This document shows, in pieces, positions 10,091 through 18,383 of a DNA stretch of 64,000 bases; within the stretch, counting starts at the first letter, position 1; every line of letters starts with the position of its first letter. The notes beneath the pieces are model-generated. The model saw only the letters and a list, made by a program, of their open reading frames with translations. It was not told where the DNA came from and searched no databases. The position numbers were made by a program, and so were the translations under genes. The DNA lies in assembly GCA_963668315.1 (NCBI GenBank), contig OY764216.1:4096001-4160000 (forward strand). Direction: 5' to 3'. The DNA is from Spirochaetia bacterium. Its GTDB lineage: Bacteria; Spirochaetota; Spirochaetia; DSM-2461.

Positions 10091-10099
10091 TTCAGACTA

Positions 10100-10258
10100 T
10101 CATCCGGCGATGAGTATAAGCAGTACCACCCCCATGGTAATGCTTAAAAGCTCCAGAAGACCAATGCATAAACCTGCATCCTTGACCTTCACCGGTCTGT
10201 TGAATGTGACCTTGCTGTGATGGGCATGTTCTGTGGGAAACGGTAATATCCTGTTCAT
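10100..10258 (-). CDS. Small 52-aa protein with C-terminal TM helix (not in ORF track)
   Basis: AGGAGAG SD upstream of ATG 10258. Translates as MNRILPFPTEHAHHSKVTFNRPVKVKDAGLCIGLLELLSITMGVVLLILIAG*. Confidence 0.55.
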   Translation of the reverse strand: MNRILPFPTEHAHHSKVTFNRPVKVKDAGLCIGLLELLSITMGVVLLILIAG

Positions 10259-10346
10259 AAGTCTCTCCTATGGGACTATTTCACCACGGAAGGGACTTTT
10301 TTCCCATATGCTGTTTGGTACAATTTCCCCGAACTCCCCTACCGGT

Positions 10347-11513
10347 CTATTTCGTATTCAGTTTGATAAGGGTGACTTCGTCTTTCCGGGCTTCCTTGGA
10401 TTGCCTTTCGAACATGGTGTCGATGAAGCTCACCATCTCCTCGAGGGATTGATCCATAAGGACATTGATGTTGATGAATTCCAGGAGCTGTTCAAAGGAG
10501 TATTCGTTATTCATCTGTCTTTCCATAAAGATTCCGTTTGTAGAGATGATTACCTGCTCGCCCTTCTCCAGAGTCATTTCCTCGTCCTCCCACCGGCTTT
10601 CCCCGTTGACTCCCAGGGGAAGGGATTTTTCCCCGTGGAGATAAACATGCTGATGGCTGAGACGCAGCAGGGGCGGCTGGCCGGCCTGGGCGAAACGGAG
10701 AGAGCGGTCCTCATGGTTATAGAACAGAACGGTAAAGGAGACAAAGGAGCCTTCGGGAAGGAAACCCGGCTTTGAGAGATGCCGGTTCAGGGAATCGAGG
10801 ATTCGGGAGGGTGAGGTAAAACTTTCCATACGGGGGAGCAGCTCCCCATGGATCAGTCCTTTCAGGAAAAGGGAGATAAACGCCGAAGTCAGTCCCATCC
10901 CGGCCACATCTCCCAGGAGCAGAAGAAGGCTGTGATCATCGGGTCTCAGAATATCCCAGTAATCACCGCCGAAGGGATAATCCGGCCCGTCGCTATGAAA
11001 AAGCTCCAGCCTGCATCCGGGAACCTGAGGAAGGTCGGGATGCCTGAAAAGCTTCTGATAACTCAGGGCGCTTTCCCTTTCCGCCTCCAGAAGCTTCCGG
11101 GTTTTGCGGCTCTCCACCCGGTGGTGGTAGAGCTCCAGTCCCCTTTCCAGATGAATCAGCAGATTCTGTTTCTCCCAGGGCTTATCTATGCAACCGAAAA
11201 GATTATGTCTAAGGAAATCGGGGATATCCGAAGAAGAGACAAAACCGGATAATACGATGGTAACAATGTCGGGATGGAGGGTATTCACATGCTCCAGCAG
11301 CTCGTTTCCCCTCATTTCCGGCATCTTCAGATCGGTGATGACAAGAGAGACATCTTCCCTTTTGAGGATCTCCAGAGCCTCCGAAGCCCTTGAGGCTTTC
11401 ATCAGTCTGTGGTTGCCCCTGATAACCCATTCGTGCAGCTGCCTGGCAAGAGCCGAGATGACTTCCGGCTCGTCGTCTACGAGAAGAATGATATCTCCCT
11501 TCCCCTTTGTCAT
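10347..11513 (-). CDS. Response regulator receiver fused to SpoIIE/PP2C-type (RsbU-like) domain
   Basis: REC motifs LLVDDE, TDLKMP, KPW. SpoIIE motifs GGDYWD, GDVAGMG, AGQPP. ATGA overlap with the upstream kinase stop. Confidence 0.88.
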   Translation of the reverse strand: MTKGKGDIILLVDDEPEVISALARQLHEWVIRGNHRLMKASRASEALEILKREDVSLVITDLKMPEMRGNELLEHVNTLHPDIVTIVLSGFVSSSDIPDFLRHNLFGCIDKPWEKQNLLIHLERGLELYHHRVESRKTRKLLEAERESALSYQKLFRHPDLPQVPGCRLELFHSDGPDYPFGGDYWDILRPDDHSLLLLLGDVAGMGLTSAFISLFLKGLIHGELLPRMESFTSPSRILDSLNRHLSKPGFLPEGSFVSFTVLFYNHEDRSLRFAQAGQPPLLRLSHQHVYLHGEKSLPLGVNGESRWEDEEMTLEKGEQVIISTNGIFMERQMNNEYSFEQLLEFININVLMDQSLEEMVSFIDTMFERQSKEARKDEVTLIKLNTK

Positions 11514-12916
11514 GAATCCTCCCCGGTCAGAGGGAAGTGCAGCTGAAAGCAACTGCCTTCTCCCCGGATGTCTTTGATATTAATGCTGCCGTTATGAGCC
11601 TCCATGACTCCGTGAGCGACAGCCAGTCCCAGTCCAATTCCCTGATCCACCTCTTTGGTAGAATAGAAGGGCTCGAAAATTCTTTCCCGGTGTTCCCTGG
11701 GTATGCCGGCACCGGTATCTTCGATTTCGATTATGACTTCCGAACGCTTCTTATCCAGGAATCCCCTTATCGTCAGGAGCCCCCTGTCCTTAATAGCATC
11801 GGCAGCATTCAGAAACAGATTGACGAAGACCTGCTGCAGTTTATGCTCCGTCCCTTCGATCGGGGGCAGAGATTCAATCTCCCTTATCACCTCGATACGG
11901 TTATTCAGTTTGTTCCCGACAATATGGAGGGCATCTTCAATGATATCCGGTAGATTCAGCGGCTTCTTTGTATCATGGCTCTCCCGGGCGAAAGACTGGA
12001 GTCCCTTGACGATTTTGTTAATCCGCCTGGCCCCTTTCTGGGAGTCTTCCAGAAGACTTCCGATATCCCCCCGGATAAAGTCAAAATCCTCCTCCTCCTT
12101 CTTCTTCTCCAGAAGGCCCAGAAGTTCTTCTCTCTTTTGCCCGTTCTTTTCGGAAATTATCCTTTCAGAAAGTTCCAGAAGAGATTGATAGACATGAAAA
12201 TACTCTGATAGAGTCTGGGTATTGCTCAACAGGAATCCAGTGGGGTTGTTGATCTCATGGGCGACACCGGCGGCCAGCTCTCCGAGGGAAGCCATTCTTT
12301 CCTGGCGTATCATCCGTGTCTGGGCCCTGCTTAATTGCCCCAATGACTCTTCCAGCTCATGGGTCCTCTCTTCCACCTTTCTTTCCAGTAGATTGGAATA
12401 TTCCCTCAGCTGCCGGTCTTTCAGTTCGGCGAAATAGGCATTGCCGATAATGCCGCAGATGGTCCTGAGCAGCTCCAGCTCCCTCTGCTTCCATTGGCGG
12501 ATCCGGATATTCTCATCGAATCCGATAAACCCTTTTATAAAGCGCTCCATAATAAGAGGATACACCAGGAGGGACTTGATCTCCTGAGGTTCCAGTATCG
12601 CCCTCAGGTCCTCCGGCAGCGTAGAGATATTCTCCGAGAAGACCCGCCCTTCCCTTTCCATCAGCCTCCGCCAGGAGGGAATGGCACCGTAGGGTATGAA
12701 CTGCAGTTCATCAATCTGGGGACCGATTCCCCGGTTGCACCATTCATAGGTATTGCTGGTGGTCAATCCATCGGGGGCATCCAGAAATATATAAACCCGG
12801 CTGACATCGAGATGATTCCCGATCAGGGAAAGCACCGAGTTGATTCTCCCGTCAAAATCGGTCTGCCTGTTGATAAGATTCAGGGCTATCTCAGACAGGA
12901 TTTCAAGGTCTCTCAT
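11510..12916 (-). CDS. Cytoplasmic GAF-domain sensor histidine kinase (NtrB-like)
   Basis: GAF (TYEWC...GFIGFD), H-box AHEINNP, N box, G boxes DTGAG and GIGLGL. Confidence 0.92.
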   Translation of the reverse strand: MRDLEILSEIALNLINRQTDFDGRINSVLSLIGNHLDVSRVYIFLDAPDGLTTSNTYEWCNRGIGPQIDELQFIPYGAIPSWRRLMEREGRVFSENISTLPEDLRAILEPQEIKSLLVYPLIMERFIKGFIGFDENIRIRQWKQRELELLRTICGIIGNAYFAELKDRQLREYSNLLERKVEERTHELEESLGQLSRAQTRMIRQERMASLGELAAGVAHEINNPTGFLLSNTQTLSEYFHVYQSLLELSERIISEKNGQKREELLGLLEKKKEEEDFDFIRGDIGSLLEDSQKGARRINKIVKGLQSFARESHDTKKPLNLPDIIEDALHIVGNKLNNRIEVIREIESLPPIEGTEHKLQQVFVNLFLNAADAIKDRGLLTIRGFLDKKRSEVIIEIEDTGAGIPREHRERIFEPFYSTKEVDQGIGLGLAVAHGVMEAHNGSINIKDIRGEGSCFQLHFPLTGEDS

Positions 12917-14175
12917 TCTTCCCCTCCCGAATGTTCCCTGCAGACGGGAAAGGATAATCGGAAAAGAGAGCCCTTCTCCTTTTCCGATTCCACCTCTATT
13001 TTCCCGTCATGGCTGTTGATAATATCCAGGGAGATGGATAAGCCCAGGCCGGTTCCCGCTTCCTTCGTCGTAAAGAAGGGTTCAAAAATCTTCCTCTGAG
13101 TATCCCCGTCCATACCGCAGCCGTTGTCGGCGATCTCCAGAAAAACCTCTTCGTTTCTTTCGTAACTCACCAGGGAAATCCGCCCCTTTTCCCTGTCCAC
13201 GGCATCGGTCGCATTAATAAGAAGATTGACGATGACCTGCTCTATCTGATTTTTATTCCCCCGGATGGGGGGGAGGAAACCGGGCTTTGTCTCGATTGAG
13301 CCGATGTATTTCAACCGGTTGCCGACAAGCTGAAGGGCATCCTCCATAACATCGTTCAGGTCGACTTCCTCCTTTCTCTCCTCATCCTTCCGCGCATAGG
13401 TTTTAAGCCCTTTGACGATCTGGGCTATCTTCTCTATTCCCTGGCGGTAATCCCTTATCAGGGACTGCAGATCGTTCCGGATGAAATCGAAATCCACTTC
13501 CCTCTCCATCTCCTCAATCCGGCGGAGGATCTCTCTCCTCTGCTCCTCCCCGTCAGAAGGGACTGTCAGAGAGAGCCTGTAGAGATTAATCAGCCTGTCA
13601 TAGGAGGATATGTAATCGGCCAGGGTCTGGGAATTCCCGTATAAATAGCCGGCGGGATTGTTGATTTCATGGGCGATACCCGCGGCCAGCTGTCCCAGAG
13701 AAGCCAGACGCTCCTGTTGTATGATCTGCTTCTGAGCCCTGGACAGCTCAGAGAGAGACCGTTCCAGCTCTTCGGTTCTCCGGGCGACCTGTTCCTCCAG
13801 GGAGCGCTGCCGGCTTTTCAGAGTTTCCGTCATCCGGTTGAAAATCTCACCCATGAGTTGAAACTCCCGGGGCTTGTGAATGGACAGTTTGACGGATAAA
13901 TCGCCCCGGGCCACTCTTGCTGCCGCCCGGGACAGTTCCTTAAGGGGCTTCCTGAACCAGGAATACACCACGGAAGTGATCAATACGGAATATATGATAA
14001 AGGATGAGGACAAAAGCCCCAGAAGAAACAGCTTCCGCTGAAAAGTCACGCCGCTGCCCTTGAGGAGATTCTGAAGGAGAAGAGCCGAAAAAAACAGGAT
14101 AACCAGCGCGGAAAGACATAATAACAGAATCATCCGGCGGCTCAGTTTATCGTTCATTCCTCTTCTCATGTACAA
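12913..14175 (-). CDS. Membrane HAMP-domain histidine kinase (NtrB-like)
   Basis: Two TM helices, HAMP, AHEINNP, DNGCG, GTGLGL. Confidence 0.92.
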   Translation of the reverse strand: MYMRRGMNDKLSRRMILLLCLSALVILFFSALLLQNLLKGSGVTFQRKLFLLGLLSSSFIIYSVLITSVVYSWFRKPLKELSRAAARVARGDLSVKLSIHKPREFQLMGEIFNRMTETLKSRQRSLEEQVARRTEELERSLSELSRAQKQIIQQERLASLGQLAAGIAHEINNPAGYLYGNSQTLADYISSYDRLINLYRLSLTVPSDGEEQRREILRRIEEMEREVDFDFIRNDLQSLIRDYRQGIEKIAQIVKGLKTYARKDEERKEEVDLNDVMEDALQLVGNRLKYIGSIETKPGFLPPIRGNKNQIEQVIVNLLINATDAVDREKGRISLVSYERNEEVFLEIADNGCGMDGDTQRKIFEPFFTTKEAGTGLGLSISLDIINSHDGKIEVESEKEKGSLFRLSFPVCREHSGGEE

Positions 14176-14343
14176 CCCTTCCCTTCTCTGTTAATCTTAA
14201 TGAACGGTTAACGTATTTTCCAGAATTTTCTTTCCCATGGTAATTTTGTTTCCCATCCTCCCCCAATTTATAATTCAAAATATACATTCCGGGAGGATTG
14301 TGATGAAAAAGGATTCGACTCTTCCTTCGGCCGCCCTGTGTTC

Positions 14344-15279
14344 TCAGCCGGCCGATTTCTCGTAAAATTCACCGTAACAGACCGGTTCATTCGATTCCAT
14401 GAGGGCCATTGCCTTGCGGGGGTGCTGATTCAGGATTCCCGAAACGGCATAGGGGATCCGGTATCCCCACTTGAGCCGGTTCATCAGGGGTTCGATTTCC
14501 CTCTGGATGACATTAAAAACGGGTATCAGATTGCCCGAGGAGGACCCGATTTTGGAAAGGAGCAGTTCCAGAGGCGTATTGCCTGCCCCCCGCCCCATTC
14601 CGAAATAGGAGCCGTCGATATATTCGGCGCCCGCTTCGACGGCGGCAAGACTGTTTGCCAGGGCCATCTGCGTGTTGTTATGTCCGTGGAATCCCAGTTT
14701 TTTTTCGGGACAGAACGCTCTGTACTCCTCCAGACGGCTCTGGATATCCCGGGGAAGAAAGGAACCGAAGGTGTCGGAAAGGTATATCCCCGACGCGCTG
14801 GAACGGTTCACCTTTTCCAGACACGCCCTCACCTCTTCGGGAGTGCCGGTGGAAACAGCCATGATGTTGATGAATGTCTCATATCCGAGATCCACCAGAT
14901 AATCGGATAACTCCAGGGCCTCATCGATCTGATGGACATAACAGGCCAGACGGAAGATATCGATGAAGGAATCCCTGCGGGGGATAAAGTCCTCCTTATA
15001 GACTCTCCCTATATCACCCATGACGGCGATTTTCATATTTCCCTTTCCCCGGACGGCGACTTTCCGGATCAGCTCCTCGGGGCAGAACTTCCAGGGTCCG
15101 TGCTCTTCGGGATTGAAAACTTTCGGACTGACCCGGTAGCCCATCTCCATGACTGATATCCCGGCGGCCTTATTGGCTTCAAATAAGCCGGTGACCGTCT
15201 CCAGAGAGAATTCCCAGTTGTTCATCAATCCCCCGTCCCGCACGGTGCAATCGATCAGTTTCGGTTCCATAGTACTCAT
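14344..15279 (-). CDS. DRE-TIM metallolyase, 4-hydroxy-2-oxovalerate aldolase-like (HMGL-like), function unknown
   Basis: DCTVRDGG, DTFGS, GFHGHNN (metal-binding HxH) and GMGRGAGN motifs. 311 aa with no regulatory domain. AAGGAG SD. Confidence 0.88.
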   Translation of the reverse strand: MSTMEPKLIDCTVRDGGLMNNWEFSLETVTGLFEANKAAGISVMEMGYRVSPKVFNPEEHGPWKFCPEELIRKVAVRGKGNMKIAVMGDIGRVYKEDFIPRRDSFIDIFRLACYVHQIDEALELSDYLVDLGYETFINIMAVSTGTPEEVRACLEKVNRSSASGIYLSDTFGSFLPRDIQSRLEEYRAFCPEKKLGFHGHNNTQMALANSLAAVEAGAEYIDGSYFGMGRGAGNTPLELLLSKIGSSSGNLIPVFNVIQREIEPLMNRLKWGYRIPYAVSGILNQHPRKAMALMESNEPVCYGEFYEKSAG

Positions 15280-15307
15280 ATCTCAACTCCTTGAATCGGC
15301 TGAAGGC

Positions 15308-15345
15308 AAAAAAAAGGACCCGGGATTTTGTTGATCCCGGGTCCT
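15308..15345 (-). terminator. Attenuator terminator in the aldolase 5' leader
   Basis: Minus strand GGACCCGGGAT-CAACAAA-ATCCCGGGTCC followed by 8 T, ending ~28 nt upstream of the aldolase ATG. Confidence 0.88.
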
Positions 15346-15364
15346 GTAATTACCGTCTGGTAAA

Positions 15365-15466
15365 TTACCGCATTCTCTGCGGCGTACAACGACCCGGGCA
15401 TCTAAAGTAAAAATAGAAACCAAAAAAATAGGAGAAAGTAAAATTTCTTGCCAGGGTCATATTCAT
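15365..15466 (-). CDS. Phe/Tyr-rich attenuator leader peptide MNMTLARNFTFSYFFGFYFYFRCPGRCTPQRMR
   Basis: 33 codons translated by hand. 7 Phe + 3 Tyr in codons 9-21. Contains antiterminator segment CCCGGGTC complementary to the terminator 5' arm. Confidence 0.8.
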   Translation of the reverse strand: MNMTLARNFTFSYFFGFYFYFRCPGRCTPQRMR

Positions 15467-15475
15467 ATTAACAAC

Positions 15476-15504
15476 TCTTTACCAAGGATTCCCTTTTTTG
15501 TCAA
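15476..15504 (-). promoter_or_regulatory. Putative sigma70 promoter of the leader-aldolase transcript
   Basis: TTGACA (15504-15499), 17-nt spacer, TAAAGA (imperfect -10). Confidence 0.5.
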
Positions 15505-15533
15505 GGTACCGCCTATAGAAAAGGCTCTTTCAG

Positions 15534-16277
15534 TCAAGGCTCAATTCCGTACCTTTCCAGTATGCTCAGGTATGTTCCGTTCTCTCTTATCAGGGCGAGA
15601 CCGGTATTAAAAGCGTCAATCAGCTCCCGGCCCTTGGGATTATCCCTCCCCGCGGCGACGTACAGGGGCTTAACGGAAAGGGAGTTTTCTGTGAATTCGA
15701 TTTTTTCCAGAAGATCCGGATCCGCACGGAGAATCACCTCCCTGGCGACCAGTTCATCTTCGAGGGTAAGATCAATTCTATCGACAATCAGCTTGCGAAT
15801 ATTGGTAATAAGATCTGACGAGCTGTCTTTACTGAAAAAGGAGGCTGCCTGAAACTCCTCATCGTAGATAAATCTCTTGATGACGCCCACGTTCTTTCCC
15901 CGCAGACTCTCCAGCCCCTCATATTCGAAAGGGTCTCCCCGTCTCTTGATGAATTTCACCGTATTGGTGATATAGGGATCACTGAAATACATGAGGCCGT
16001 TCCTTTCCTCACTGTACCAGGTATCGGGAAGGATATCGTATTTACCCGATATCACTCCCAGCTCGGCCCGGGCCCAGGGAATGTATTCCATCCGAACGGT
16101 ATATCCCTGAGTTGACAGGGCGGCCCTGATAATCGCCAGCGATATGCCTCCGGTGTCGTCTTGTTCATCAACGTAGGGCACCCACTGACCGGCGGCGGCA
16201 GAGACAGTTCTTTCCTGAGGGAAAAATAGGGTTGAAGAAATAAGGAAAAAAAACACCCCTTTCATGAATCTGGCCAT
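15534..16277 (-). CDS. Stand-alone solute-binding protein family 3 (polar amino acid type)
   Basis: WVPY, PWARA, FSDPY, LRGKNVG and FNTGL motifs. Signal peptide. No adjacent permease. Confidence 0.85.
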   Translation of the reverse strand: MARFMKGVFFFLISSTLFFPQERTVSAAAGQWVPYVDEQDDTGGISLAIIRAALSTQGYTVRMEYIPWARAELGVISGKYDILPDTWYSEERNGLMYFSDPYITNTVKFIKRRGDPFEYEGLESLRGKNVGVIKRFIYDEEFQAASFFSKDSSSDLITNIRKLIVDRIDLTLEDELVAREVILRADPDLLEKIEFTENSLSVKPLYVAAGRDNPKGRELIDAFNTGLALIRENGTYLSILERYGIEP

Positions 16278-16396
16278 ATATCCTGCTCTTAATCTCCCTA
16301 TGCCGATCTACTAATATCATAGGTTAAAAACAGGTAAAAAGCGAATTCATAATGGGGTGTTCTCTTGATTCCTCTAGCCCCTTAGGCCGGGAGAAA

Positions 16397-18280
16397 TCAT
16401 TCGCCCGCCAGCACTTCTCCGGCGGCTTTCTCTCCGGCGATCCGTCCCGTGTTCATGGCGAAGCTCATGGTGAGGCCTTCCAGATCGGGATAGGAGTTGT
16501 CATACATTCCGCCCGCGTCGGCGCCTACGGCAAAAAGGCCGGGAATGACAACCCCGTCTTCCTTCATGGCCTGGGCGTCTTCGTTAATCCGGACTCCCCC
16601 GATGGAACCGTAGGAGGAACCGCTGACCTTAACAGCGTAGAAGGGCCCCTGTGATACGGGATACACCAGATAATCGGGATTTTTGTAGAACATATCGTCC
16701 TTACCGGATCTGACAGCCTCATTATACCGGGCGGCGGATTTTTCCAGTTTTTCCGCCTTCATGCCGGTGGCTTTCGCCAGATCAGCCAGGGTATCTCCTT
16801 TGAAAAGGACATTTCCCTGATCCATCAGCTTATTGATATCATCCTGGAGAGAGGGAAGAGGACCAATAACGATATTCACGTCGTTTCCTCCCTGGGGATG
16901 CATCAGTCCGGAACCGTTCATCTGATAGGCGCCGGTCAGGTTGAGTCCTTCGGTCATGAAGGTATCCACGCTTGCCTGGTCGAAGACGGCGAAGTACTCA
17001 CCGCCGGCGGCAAAGGTGGCGTTGCCCCAGATAACATTATCGTAGGCGACCCCTTCGTCCACAAACCGGGTTCCCTCTTTGTTTACCCAGAAGAGGGGGG
17101 CGTCCTTGACCTGGGCCACGGCGCTGTCCCCGTAACGGTTGAAGATGGTCTTGGAGCCGCTGATATCGCCCAGATGGATCTGAATGGCGTGGTTGCCCAG
17201 CTTGTCCGCTCCTGCTTTCCAGGCCATTTTCACCCCTTCTCCCTGGTTTCCCAGGCCGAAGTAGTTGTAGTGATTGATCTGGCTGTTCTCTTTCATCATT
17301 TCGGTGTTTCCCCCGAAACCGCCCGAAGCCAGGATCACTTTCTTGGCCCGCACGGTCAGGATGCCTCCGTCCTCTTTCTCGGCGATGACACCGGCAATCT
17401 GTCCCTCTTCATCCTTCAGAAGGTCGACGGCCCGGGTGTTCAGCCGGAGGTCGAGACCATACTCATTCTGCATTCTTTCATAAAGGGCGGGGAAATCTTC
17501 CTTGGAGTTATCCCACATATGGTAGGTTTTGGGATAATCCAGATGGGCTTTCTGGTCGATACCCAATCCCAGATGCAGGCGGATCCCGTTCTCCATCAGC
17601 CAGTCGATGGTGGAGGAGGATTTATCCAGCACGGCTCTCATCAGGGGGCCGTTGGATCGGTAATGGTTGTACTCGATAAGGTGCTTGAAAATTTCTTCCG
17701 TGGTGACATGGTAGCCGGCGGCTTTCTGCAGGGAAGATTCGGTGGCCAGAAGTCCCATTCCGGTCGTGGCCAGACCTCCCACCTTATCCAGCTTTTCCAG
17801 AACGGTGACTTTAACCCCGGCCTGGGCGGCGGAAAGGGAGGCTCCTGTTCCCGACGTACCCGCACCCACGATGACCACATCGGTGGAAATCTCTTCATCC
17901 ACACCGGAAGCGACCTCTTGGGGGATCATGCTATCCGGATCGATGCCCGCCTTTGCCAGAGCGTCGGAAGCGGCATCCAGGATGGCTTCGCTTGTCTTGC
18001 TGGCACCGGATACCGCATCGATTTTTGTGCTCTGCCGTTCCAGTATCGCCTTCTGCAGTTTGGTCACGGCCAGAGAACCGATTCCCTCCGTTTCATGGGG
18101 GGCCGATATCTGCACATCCTTGATGACTCCCTTCGTATCGATGTCCAGGGTGACGGAGAGATTCCCCCCCATCCCTTCCGCTTCGGACGTATAGGTGCCC
18201 GGTTTCACCTTGTTTCCCCCGCAGGAAAACAGGGCCAGGGCCAACACTAAAATGGCCGTGATTGTTAACACTCTTTTCAT
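16397..18280 (-). CDS. Lipoprotein flavocytochrome c-type FAD oxidoreductase with N-terminal FMN-binding domain
   Basis: Lipobox LFSC. FMN-bind domain with DAVSGASKTS flavinylation motif. GAGTSG FAD-binding motif, ASGGFG, GGVRIN. Confidence 0.9.
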   Translation of the reverse strand: MKRVLTITAILVLALALFSCGGNKVKPGTYTSEAEGMGGNLSVTLDIDTKGVIKDVQISAPHETEGIGSLAVTKLQKAILERQSTKIDAVSGASKTSEAILDAASDALAKAGIDPDSMIPQEVASGVDEEISTDVVIVGAGTSGTGASLSAAQAGVKVTVLEKLDKVGGLATTGMGLLATESSLQKAAGYHVTTEEIFKHLIEYNHYRSNGPLMRAVLDKSSSTIDWLMENGIRLHLGLGIDQKAHLDYPKTYHMWDNSKEDFPALYERMQNEYGLDLRLNTRAVDLLKDEEGQIAGVIAEKEDGGILTVRAKKVILASGGFGGNTEMMKENSQINHYNYFGLGNQGEGVKMAWKAGADKLGNHAIQIHLGDISGSKTIFNRYGDSAVAQVKDAPLFWVNKEGTRFVDEGVAYDNVIWGNATFAAGGEYFAVFDQASVDTFMTEGLNLTGAYQMNGSGLMHPQGGNDVNIVIGPLPSLQDDINKLMDQGNVLFKGDTLADLAKATGMKAEKLEKSAARYNEAVRSGKDDMFYKNPDYLVYPVSQGPFYAVKVSGSSYGSIGGVRINEDAQAMKEDGVVIPGLFAVGADAGGMYDNSYPDLEGLTMSFAMNTGRIAGEKAAGEVLAGE

Positions 18281-18294
18281 AAGATCTCCTTTTA

Positions 18295-18355
18295 TGACCA
18301 TGGTCACTGACCGCGGTCACCGAAGCATTCTACAGAGACATCTTTTAATTGTCAA
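18295..18355 (-). promoter_or_regulatory. Sigma70 promoter plus two tandem palindromic operators
   Basis: TTGACA (18355-18350), 17-nt spacer, TAGAAT (18332-18327). Palindromes TGACCATGGTCA (18295-18306) and TGACCGCGGTCA (18308-18319). Confidence 0.8.
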
Positions 18356-18383
18356 TTTATTATCGATATTAATGGAACGATTT

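Noticed and set aside
14344..15279. Annotation as dmpG/mhpE, leuA or HMG-CoA lyase
   Set aside because: No acylating aldehyde dehydrogenase partner or meta-cleavage genes, no RDGE motif or LeuA regulatory domain. No gene symbol assigned.
15402..15464. Alternative Leu/Phe-rich reading frame of the leader (suggesting Leu control as for leuA/cimA)
   Set aside because: That frame has a TAA just upstream and no start codon. Only the Phe/Tyr frame has ATGs.
16898..18250. 450-aa plus-strand ORF
   Set aside because: Antisense to the flavocytochrome gene. Codon-bias shadow.
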